The translations under genes were made by a program, and so were the position numbers. This document shows, one piece after another, positions 45,001 to 54,864 of a DNA stretch of 64,000 nucleotides (position 1 is the first letter of the stretch; each line of letters begins with the position of its first letter). The stretch comes from Schizochytrium sp. TIO01 (taxonomy: Eukaryota > Protista > Bigyra: Labyrinthulomycetes): assembly GCA_004764695.1 (NCBI GenBank), contig SMSO01000025.1, forward strand, positions 620,001 to 684,000, written 5' to 3'. Below the pieces are notes generated by a model. It worked only from the letters and a program-made list of their open reading frames with translations, made no database searches and was not told the origin of the DNA.

Positions 45001-48000
45001 GACTTCAATGTTGCTATCCTTGAAACGTACGCCATCCACATCAACGTTGCCATTTGTAGACAAGATGCTAAGATCTGCTCCGGTGTTGCCAGTATGGGTA
45101 ATGCTTTGTGCTGATGGAGAAGTTAGCAGAATACTGCCAGCTGAGTTGGTGAGATCACCGTCCATGGTGATGTCTGTGGCGGCGCTTATGGCACCTGCAT
45201 TGAAAGTGACTGTCTCAACAATCACATTTTGGGCATCCGCACTAATGACAACGTTTCCTGAGGTAGACGAGATGGTATAGTCAGCTCCATCAGCGCCAAC
45301 ATGCGTGAATGTCTGAGCTAAAGTAGAGTAGACTTCAATGTTGCTATCCTTGAAACGTACGCCATCCACATCAACGTTGCCATTTGTAGACAAGATGCTA
45401 AGATCTGCTCCGGTGTTGCCAGTATGAGTAATGCTTTGGGTATTGGATGAAGAAAAGCTGATACTTCCTGTAGAGATGGTAAGGTCGCCGGTCATATCTA
45501 TTGTGGTAATATCAGACATAGCTTGATTATTAACAGTAACTCCATCAAGGATAAGGTCTCCCCCGGAGGTAATTGAAAATGCGCTATTGTCAGAATGATC
45601 GATATTTTGGGTTCCTGATGCAGACATAAGAATATCTCCTGTTTGAATTGAGAGATCGCCAGTTCCATCAAGTGTAAAAAAAACTGTATCTGATGATTGA
45701 GGTGTTGCAGAATACACGGTGTCAGAAGCTTCATCTGTTGCAATGGTCCAAGTTGCTCCTGTTATGTATCCTGTTGAAGCTGAGAATTGTACATAAAGCC
45801 CATCAGAAAGGAGCAGAGGAGCGCTATATGCAGAGCTGATAGAAACCCCACTTGTATACGATCCCGAGCCTTTTCTCCATTGAAAAGTGTCTCCTGCCGT
45901 TACTTCAACATAGAAGATTTCACTAGTCGAATCAGTGTAGGTTCCACTAGAAGTAATTGTTTTGCCGGGGATGTGTGTTTCGCCTACTCCGGCTGTAATG
46001 AGATTAAATGCAGCATTGGCAGCTCGCGCTGCTTTAACATCAAAAACGGTATCTGCGAAAGATGTGCTTGTTGCAACTGCTGTTAATGCAGTAGAACTAG
46101 TACTTTCTTGCTTTACTACTCCACCTCCAGTTTCAACAGTTAAGCCATCTTTAATATTGGCGCCTCCTGTGACATCAGCGCCTCCTGCAGCAACATATAG
46201 GCCTCCGGCAGTAATATCAATTCCTCCGGCATCGACAAGAATACCACCTTGCTGAACATAGATGCCGTTATCTTCTACAGTAAGCAAGTCTCCAAAGTAT
46301 GACTTCATTGAGACGCCCAGTCCACCCTGTATCATGACATCCGCAGATGTAGAGGAGGTTGCATCATTTGTACTAGTAGCAGTGATTGTACCACCAAAAT
46401 AAGAATCTAGTGCCACACTGAGGCCGCCATTAGTGCGAAGTGAGCCTGAGCCTACGCTAGTTGATGTGGTAGTACCTTCTGCAACTATGTTTGTTCCAGC
46501 ATATATTGCTTTTGTGACAGCAAGTCCACCTGCATGCATCACAGACCCAGCTGTGGAACTTGTTGCGTCAGTCGTGTCTTCTGTGACAACAATTCCTCCT
46601 ACATATAGTTGCTTTGCGACTGCCATACCGCCAGCTGTTTGAAAAGAGCCGTATGTAGAACTTGTTGCATCAGTGGTTGCTCGCACAAACGTGTCACCGT
46701 TGCCAAATACAGTAAATACCCTGGTACTGCCTGACGCTTGTAAATCAAGTAAACTAAACGATCTTGCTCCAGTCTCTTGAGCACGAATAACAGTCACAAT
46801 ATCTGTAAAGGGCGTACCAAGGGCTGCAACTTCCAAGACAGGTTCAAGAAGGTTTGTTGAAAATATGTCAGCCCCATCTTCGTCAACTATAAGCCCACCC
46901 TCGATGATTTCTGCACCACCATCAGCAACAATGAGACCTCCAGAGTAAATGTAGACCTGACCATCTCCACGTACGTCAAACACAGGTACATCATTTGCAA
47001 GTGCTTCGATAAACTTATAGTCACTGGCAGCAGCCTTGGCTGAGGTGAGTTTAAGGACCGACCCGACAAATGCAAGTCCTGTGTTCTCAATGGTAAAGGT
47101 CGACTGATAGTCATTTGTTACAACTTCGTAAGTCTTGGTATCGCAATTTGAACCACCATATCCAACAAAGCATGCACATGTTCCTGTTGACGCATCACAC
47201 GAGCCTCGACCAGAACACTGCCGAAACTCTTTCAAATAGGTGTTTGTGTCGATGGCGAGGACACACGTTGGCGTTGTTCCACTGGAAATGCCGCTGGTGA
47301 TACAAGTGAATTCGTCAACATCCGGATTACCTGCATGCCAGAAAAGGTTGTTAAAATTACCAGATTCCCATGCAGTAAAAGTGATTGTATACTCAGCACC
47401 GGAATTTGCATCTACAGAGCCCTGAGTGACAGTAACTGATCCAATTGAGGGATGCGCTTCGAGAGCTGTTTTCATGGAAGCTGCATCTAGAGCTGATGCA
47501 TCAGCATCAAATGTAATTGAGTCACCCATAAATCGCAGTTCAAATTCGCCTGCTAGCGTCCCTGACGATGCTCCTGTTGTTAAAGTTATAGTGTAGTCGC
47601 GTTGATACTCATCTACAATGGTAGCTGTTGCTGATGTATAGCTAGATCCTCCGTTGGTAATAGTAATTGATGCAATTGCTCCGTTCGAATCGACTACAGG
47701 AGTGGCGGTGGCACCTGATCCATCACCGGTGATTGTAATCACGGGATTGTTGTAAGCCTCTCCTCCTGTTGTTACAGCTATTGCCGTAATTACGCCGCTG
47801 GAAAGAGTTACCGCACCTAGCTCAGCATCAAATCCTGGTACAGTGTCTGGGTCATCACCCATTGGGCATACAGCGTATTCACAGTTAGGCCCAGTAAAGC
47901 CACGATCACAGTTGCATACATAGTTCTTGCTACTCTCCCAGTTTGTATAAGCGGTTCCCACACCATCCTGATCACTATCTGATCCATACTCAAGGGCAAT

Positions 48001-48701
48001 TTCTGCAATGCTTAAGCAACGTCCCTTACCGCTGCAATCATTATTACAGCGAACACGCTGACACGCATCTCCTGTGAATCCAGTGAAACAATCACATTCA
48101 CCCCGTTCTCGATCACATGTACCAGCGTTAGAACATTCAGCACTACCCACGTGTGCTGTCAAAGCGTCGTAAGGCTTTCCGCTCCACCTGGGGCCAGTGG
48201 GACATGATCCTGTGTCAATGAGGTAAAAAAAAAAATCATAAATAAGATGGAACGTTAGGTTTTGGTGTTTACAGATGCAATTTTGCCCAGAATGACAATT
48301 CGTGGCATCCTTCAAAAAGGAGCGATTCTGCATTTATCTCTTTCGTGTGATTAGAAAACCTCCTTTCTCTTGATATATGGGCTAGTAGATTTCTTAAGCT
48401 AACGCAACTTACGTAATGAACAGTCCGGGGCGCCGTCCCAGCCAGTAAAGCAGGTACACGTATCATCTGGGTTACAAGTACCCCGTTTATTACAGTTATT
48501 TGGACAATGGGCTTCTGCACTTCGAAGGCCCAGCACAATGATTATGAATAGGACAAGGTCCCTACATGTCCCGCGTTTCCTCGAAGGTTTGGAAGGCCTT
48601 ATTTTCAAGGGCTTTAAGGAGCTGAAATGCAAGGTTGAAGGATCCTTGATGAGACCCTGCCCTTGCCGATGTGGCTCCTTTGAGAAGGGTCCCGCTGCCA
48701 T
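33025..48701 (-). CDS. Giant secreted or anchored fibre-like protein (about 5157 aa; exon 1 48701-48413, exon 2 48209-33025): mastigoneme-type EGF head, beta-repeat shaft, phage tail-needle-like C-terminus
   Basis: ORF 48399-48701 carries a hydrophobic segment LVLFIIIVLGLRSAEA and the EGF HCPNNCNKRGTC. It splices in phase to the 5102-codon ORF, giving DCSLR-SCPTG. Further EGF/tenascin-like repeats and a CPMGDDP motif follow, then long Ser/Thr/Gly/Ala tandem arrays, ending SYSQSEIQAL...LRTHGLI. Confidence 0.9.
33470..40710 (-). repeat. Coding tandem array B: 17 long (360 bp, 120 aa) and 7 short (177 bp, 59 aa) units
   Basis: Shadow-ORF starts recur at 360, 537 and 897 bp spacing. Units read GGNVVVDGVTMNAG..., GGNVIVNSVTMNGG... 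and GGDVVVHGVTMNGG.... Confidence 0.95.
40745..45438 (-). repeat. Coding tandem array A: 330-bp (110 aa) and 375-bp (125 aa) units with 1080-bp and 3150-bp higher-order duplications
   Basis: Near-identical copies. Shadow-ORF starts recur at 330, 375 and 1080 bp spacing (e.g. 42518/43598/44678). Shared variants occur 3150 bp apart. Confidence 0.95.
48210..48412 (-). other. Spliceosomal GT-AG intron (203 bp, phase 1) of the giant fibre gene
   Basis: Donor C|GTAAGT at 48412, CTAAC branch-like motif near 48255, T-rich tract, and acceptor ACACAG|GA at 48210. Splicing restores a CGA (Arg) codon and the frame. Confidence 0.85.
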
Positions 48702-51700
48702 CGCAGGGGGCTACAGGTAGTAGATGTAGATCTTTCACTCGTGTACTACCTTGCTTTTCGTCGCACCCTCAAAACTGGATTATAAGCTAAACCTCAAATA
48801 AGACAAGACTGCTACGACACACAAATCCGGGAGGGCCCGAGCGCGGCTACAGAGGTCTTGCACGCGCCTCGCAGTATCAAAGTTCTCAAGGCTCACAGTT
48901 CTCCCTTGTTGAGACCTTTAAAGAAATGCAAAGGCAGCTTAGATCGTTTCGCGCTAAAACAAAGGCTCTCAAAGTCAACTGGCCCTTTGGCCCAATCTAT
49001 CCAAACACCACGGCGAGTGACAGTGACTTTGCCAGCCAATATCACCCGAGCACTGGTGGGGAAAGTACCTCCTTCGATACTTAATTGAGTTCACCTTCCT
49101 CCAAAAAAAAGCACTGAGCACGCTTCGTGACTTAGCGATGCCAAGCTCACCGTTCAATTAATTCCTCGCTCACCTTGCACCTGCACAACCCAATTTCTGG
49201 GACCCTGATCAACGGTCAGACGATTCCCCGTATTCCCGTACTATTTGGGGCAATTCCTATAGGGTTCCTAATATGTTCTGCTATTAGTGTATCTAACGGT
49301 GACTTTTCGTGGATAACAAATTGCAATGGATTGTAATTTCACTTTGTACCGAAGATGCGGTGCTAGCAGCTCTTCGTGTCTGATATCAAATATGTTTGCT
49401 ACTATGTGGCTCGATGTAATAAGCTTTCCCTCACCACCGCTCTCAAGGTGCAGGCCTGCTCTCATGATGATACCTACTACAATAGAAATTTGAGCGCACA
49501 ATGCGAGAACAGGTTTGCATCATGTCGATCAGTTTGCGTAACATCTCCAGGTTCATTAAGAACAGTTAGTAATAGTAGGTACCTGCCTACTAACTGGTGT
49601 ACCTGACTTCATCAAGCTATCTTTACTTCAATTTTTCAAGTTGAAATTGAAGAAGTGGGGGCTCTCTCATTAATTTTATTACTCCTCTACGAGGGGATTA
49701 CTCAAGTAGAAATGTTAGACAGACCATTGAAAATCAGATAGCCTATTTAAACAGTATCCTACCATAGTACCTTGACCTAAGTTTTTTCACTAAGGAATAG
49801 GATTTATATCCTCTGGCTTGTGGGAGTGATGAAACAGCTAAGCACATTTGGTTCAAGTTATGAGCAATTGATTTGGCTTGAATTTTCGCGCAAGCTAGTT
49901 TTAAATTTCAAACCGCTCAAAATGTCAGCTCTACCTTTCCTAAGTACTATCCTATCAGGGGCCTTCAAGTACATTGACTAGTGGTGTTTGCTAGTACTGC
50001 GTCCAAATCATCGTCGTATGGATTGATATCTCATGCAGTAACTCTGATTAGCCAGAGCTAGCTTATGAAGGAGCATTCACTAGGATCGCTTTCCATAAAT
50101 ATGTCATCCTGTATCTACTGGTGTATTAATTCTATTCGTGCACATGATAATAAATCTGAACCTTGCAAGTCATGTTTGGTGTTTGAGTTTAAAAAACAAA
50201 ATTATGTGCAAAAAATGATGTACCGCCAGTTTCTGATAAATGTTGATATCGTATATTTGCAAAAAGGTTGATAAAGTTCCACGAAGGCTAACACTAAAAC
50301 ATACTTCGTTGAGACCCGTACCTTCTTGTATGCGAAGAATAATTATCACAAGGTAGTTTGCAAATTACGAACAATCCCTTAGGGATAATCTTCAGCCCAA
50401 AGTATGAGAATTTAGCTTTATTACTTTTGTAGAGCAATGGATCTGCTTCTACTTGGACCTTGGAGTGCATAATTTTATTTAGTCGAATGTTCCTCTAGCC
50501 TGGTCAATATTTTGCATTCGAAGCAGGCTCAGGACATTTTCAATACAGTTTGTGTAAGATATTCAACAAAACATGCTGATGTAGGAAATTAGATGTTGTA
50601 AGGGCTGAAACCACTACGACCAAAAGGATAACAATTGTACCTCCGATTTGATGTGGTTTGGTAAAAATTTTCAAGTAGTGTGATTGGCTTTATATTCGCT
50701 GGAATTTTCTTACTAGACATCCACACTGTTGACGATGCTAAAATAAATAAGAACAGAGACATATTTCCTACAAGCTGTATCTCATTCTCTCATGTAAAGA
50801 CTATGTATGCAAAGACCTAAATAGTGATTAATAGTAGACTACATGACTTGCAAGCAATTGCCCAAAGTGAACGTCTTAACCATGAATAATGGTTTTTGTA
50901 AAGTTCACCAACAAGATTTATATTCCAAGTCTACTACAGCATGACTCTTTGAGTGTGTCTCATTCTGCCATGAGGAATACCTGATACCGTGGTACTCTGT
51001 GATGCGGTTTAGCTTGCTATGTGAATTTTGAAATATGAAGTGGTGTCTGTCCAAAAATGTGTACTACTATCTTCCAGATAAGCTTGGCAAAAGCTTGAAT
51101 TAGGACTGCATCTTTACCTGCAGACTGTCTTGATTGGAACTAGATGAGCTATAATGTATTTGAAGTTACACAGTTTGAATGTTTTACAACTGCAATGCAG
51201 ACTAGTTAGGATTACTTGAGCAAAGAGAGTTGTTTGTGGTGTTAAAGCAGTATGTAAACTATCACCATATCATTTGACATTGAATCCATCACACTCTCAC
51301 TAGCGAGATGTTATTTTACTGGCAGCCCTTCAACTAGGTAAACCTCAAGCCACAAGCCACCACATCCATCCTGCTTCTAGCTACTAGGTAGCAATGAGCT
51401 AGGGTGATACCTGACTGGTAGCAGACTCTATTCCTTGGTGCATGTTTGCGATGTTGCCGCAACATCGGTCACACACGATGAAAAGTCCGCAGGTCGGTTA
51501 GAAAGTGGAATTTTCAGCGAGATAAACTCAAGACATAGTTCATGGGTTTGCATAATCATAAATTATATGATGCGAGTGAGCCATGCAGGACTCGAACAAT
51601 ATCCATTGCCTACTTGAAGTCTGGTGTGTACTTTTTAGTCTAATACTATGGAAAGCATCCCATGTGTATAATTCAGTGAAGCTTTTGTATCGCGCGAACA

Positions 51701-53050
51701 CAAGTCGCGATCAATTACCCAGGGACTCGGAGGCTTCTTTTATCCTCCATCAATTATCATCGCCCAGCAAACTTGCTCACGAGTCACGACCAAGGTGTGT
51801 TTGATTCCTTGATTCACTCTGAGATGGGTGTACCTATGTTGTCAATTTGTACGCACTATCAGCAAGCAAGCCAGGTGCACGCCCAGACGAGCCACGTCGC
51901 GAATGAAAGTCAAGCAATGCCAGGTAGTTTGACTACTTGATTACCTGCATTGCTAGGCAGGTCTTCTTCTTCTTGATGATGATTTCCTGCCACGTATACG
52001 CACGCAAACGATGATAGTCCACCAAAAGAATCTTTGCATTTCTGATGCTTCTTCGCATGTCTCAGCATGTGTCGGCAAGCTAAAACCTGGTAGCATCTGT
52101 ACCTATGAAAATGTTAGAACTTAGAGAACCTCCAAATGTTAGTGTTTATTTTATTTAGGAATGATATGTTGTAGGGGCTTTGATAAGAGAAGTAAGAGAA
52201 GTGGACGTTAGGTAAGAAAGTGGCATGGCCAAGGAACCGCGAAGCTCTAATCACTTCAAGTGAAGCATGCATACAATACAAGCCAGCAAAGCACTTTAGC
52301 TAGGGATTTGGCGTCCCGGCAAGTGCCTTTCAGGCGCTTCCCCGTGGGCAAACGCATACGCGCAAGTGACAACGTTGAGCGCATCTATGGCTGCGGTTTG
52401 TTCCGGCGGCCGCACTAACCTCACCACTATTGATGCCAGAGTGCCCTCCCGAGCAAAAAGAGAATTTCAAATGCAATTTGATGATTTCTAGCATATCTAT
52501 CCGGACACCTCCGCCGTCTACAAAGTCTTCGGAAGGGGGTCAACTTCAAAAGGCCGGGCTTGCAAACCCTTCGGTGTCGTCCTTTCAGGCAATTTTGCCT
52601 AAACTTGAAACCTCAACAAGTTATCAAGACGGATCAAATTCAAGAAAGCTCGAATGATGGGTCGATGCCTTCCGCCAAGCGCCCATTCGCAAAGCCGAGC
52701 TTTTCTCCTGTCAGTGGTGTAAACTGATCGTTTGCCAAGAGGATTGACTTCAAACCATGCAGTGAATGTCGTACCATCCACGACAAGCTTGAAACATCCA
52801 CGGTTTCCAAAAGCCCAAGATGCAGATTCGTAGTCGATCTTAAACTCCACGTCGCTAGAGCAGTTCTTTTGCGCTACCTATTCAAAAGCAACATTGAAGT
52901 TTATGTCTTTCAGTCGCATTAACCGTGATTTGGGCCTTCGCCCCACGTCGTCATCGAAAATGCAAAATTTTGCAAATTCTATACGTTAATTACTAAGTGA
53001 AAGTTTCTACGTGGGGTGAACTCTGTGTTTTGTGCTACTACTGCTGACTG

Positions 53051-53170
53051 TGTATGTATGTATGTATGTATGTATGTATGTATGTATGTATGTATGTATG
53101 TATGTATGTATGTATGTATGTATGTATGTATGTATGTATGTATGTATGTATGTATGTATGTATGTATGTA
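53051..53170. repeat. (TGTA)30 microsatellite
   Basis: 120-bp perfect tetranucleotide run. Confidence 0.98.
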
Positions 53171-53989
53171 TAGGTTCCTTGGTATTACAGAGACGCTGAG
53201 CAACCTGAACATCAAAGAGTGAGTGCTTCAGCCCATCATTTCGTACCCGCTTTGCAGGCAAATGCGAATTGCAGTTGCCTCCTTGCAGAAAGGCTGTTAC
53301 GAGTTCTACTGCCTATCTTCAGAGCGACCAAGCTGACATCATGCTTTCTTCAGAGTCTTGCTTGCTTGCTATAATTGACTTTGTTAGCTAGGTATCTGCG
53401 TTTCGCTCAGAGGCAGCTGGAGCGAGAGGTTTCGTCGGACCGATTGAGTTCTATTCGTCATTTCTAAACCCACTCGCCTCTCGCGCAAATGAAAGGAAGC
53501 CCAAGACAGCTAGCTAACTAGCTTCGCTCACCTGAGAAGCCTGCCGCCTGGAGAGCCCTCTCTTCAAAGTACTCACGGAAGCTGTCCACACTGGTCTCAT
53601 GCATGCCCTTTACTTCAAAGGAAGATTAGCTAGCGAAGCTGGTAGATACTACCTACTCTCAGTACCTACCTATAGATATTTGAGATAAAAAGAGTAGTAA
53701 CCAAAATCCATAGCTTTAAAGGTATTTTTTCTTTCTTTGGATATGACGAACTTGAAAAGCCTTGAACATTTGAGATGTAATTCTACTACTTAAAAATTCC
53801 TATACTAATATTAAAAGTCAAAACAATAAACAAATAAACAAATAGAGAATCAAATATTCATCGTAGTTAAAACAATAAATTAAAAAAAAAAACCACAAAA
53901 AACCACAAACGATAAACAGGTAAAAAACGAAAGCGCACGACGTCGTTGGTCACTGTCTTTTTCCAGTACTTTTGCTTGCAGATGCAAGA

Positions 53990-54864
53990 CTACCTACCTA
54001 CCTACCTACCTACCTACTCCTCATCTAGTTAAATCCACCCCACCTTCGTACCAATTCTAACTAGAGCACTAGCTGCCGAAGCAAGCCAATGCAGACCAAA
54101 GCAAAATAAAAAAAAAGACCTCCTGTGCTCCTGCCATAGTGAAACGATCCTTAGCATACGTGCCTGCTTACTAGCTAGAGCTACACTGCAATAGAAGCCG
54201 CCGTTCCACTTGTTCTGTTCTTCTGCCTGTTCCGCCTCCTCCGTTCCATTCGTTCTGTTCTCCCAGTTCACTGCTCCTTGCCGCGAATATCCATTGTGCC
54301 TTGGCGATTTCGCAGTTCGTTCACGCTGGCCTCTCGGCCGTTGCGGCACGGGGCCCAGGGCTCAGCAGCAGAGCAGAGCAGTGGGGCTGCGGCTCCGAAG
54401 CACGCGTCACGGATCGACGCGAACCACGAGTGAGTGAGTGAGTGAGTGAGTGGGTCAGCCAGCCAGCGAGCGAGCGAGCGAGTGCGAATCGATCGTGACG
54501 GCCGCTGGTTCTTAAGGTAGGCACGCAGGTAGGTAGTTAAGGAGGAGGGGCAGCGTCTGACTGACTGACTGACTGAAGCTGTCTGTCCCCAGAGGGGTCT
54601 AGATAGTAGATAGATAGATAGATACATACAGACCCTTCCGCTTCTTTCCATGCTACTGGTTTATGTACAGAGAATTGAAGGCTTCTTTCTATTTTCTATT
54701 TTCTATTTTCTGTTTTACAATTAAAATGAAAAGAGAAGAAAGAACCAGAGGAAGTTAATGAAAGTAGAAGAAAGAGAACCGCGAGGAATCAGTCAATGCA
54801 GAAAGAAACGAAAAAAGTGACTGGGAAAGAAGAAGAAGAAGAAGAAGAAGAAGAAGAAGAAGAA
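53990..54864. repeat. Microsatellite cluster: (CTAC)7, (GAGT)n, (GCGA)n, (CTGA)n, (TAGA)n, (TTTTCTA)n, (GAA)12
   Basis: Read directly: CTAC run at 53990-54017 and GAA run at 54829-54864, with the other short runs between them. Confidence 0.9.

Noticed and set aside
33470-45438. CRISPR-like or satellite interpretation of the long repeats
   Set aside because: There are no unique spacers, all unit lengths are multiples of 3, and the frame stays open with mostly synonymous variation. These are coding repeats.
33148-47425. Dozens of repeated plus-strand ORFs (MDAPDALNARL..., MLLSLKRTP..., MPSTMTTP...)
   Set aside because: These are antisense shadows of the coding tandem arrays of the giant minus-strand gene. 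They are useful only as period markers.
48210-48333. ORF-track N-terminus MQNRSFLK... of the 5102-aa ORF
   Set aside because: It lies inside the predicted intron, includes the polypyrimidine tract, and lacks a signal peptide.
33025-48701. Integrated prophage/endogenous virus or bacterial contamination as the source of the fibre gene
   Set aside because: The gene has a spliceosomal intron and eukaryotic EGF modules. No capsid, integrase, polymerase or terminal repeats are visible nearby.
52979-53261. ORFs with HTYI/MYVC repeats
   Set aside because: They are translations of the (TGTA)30 microsatellite.
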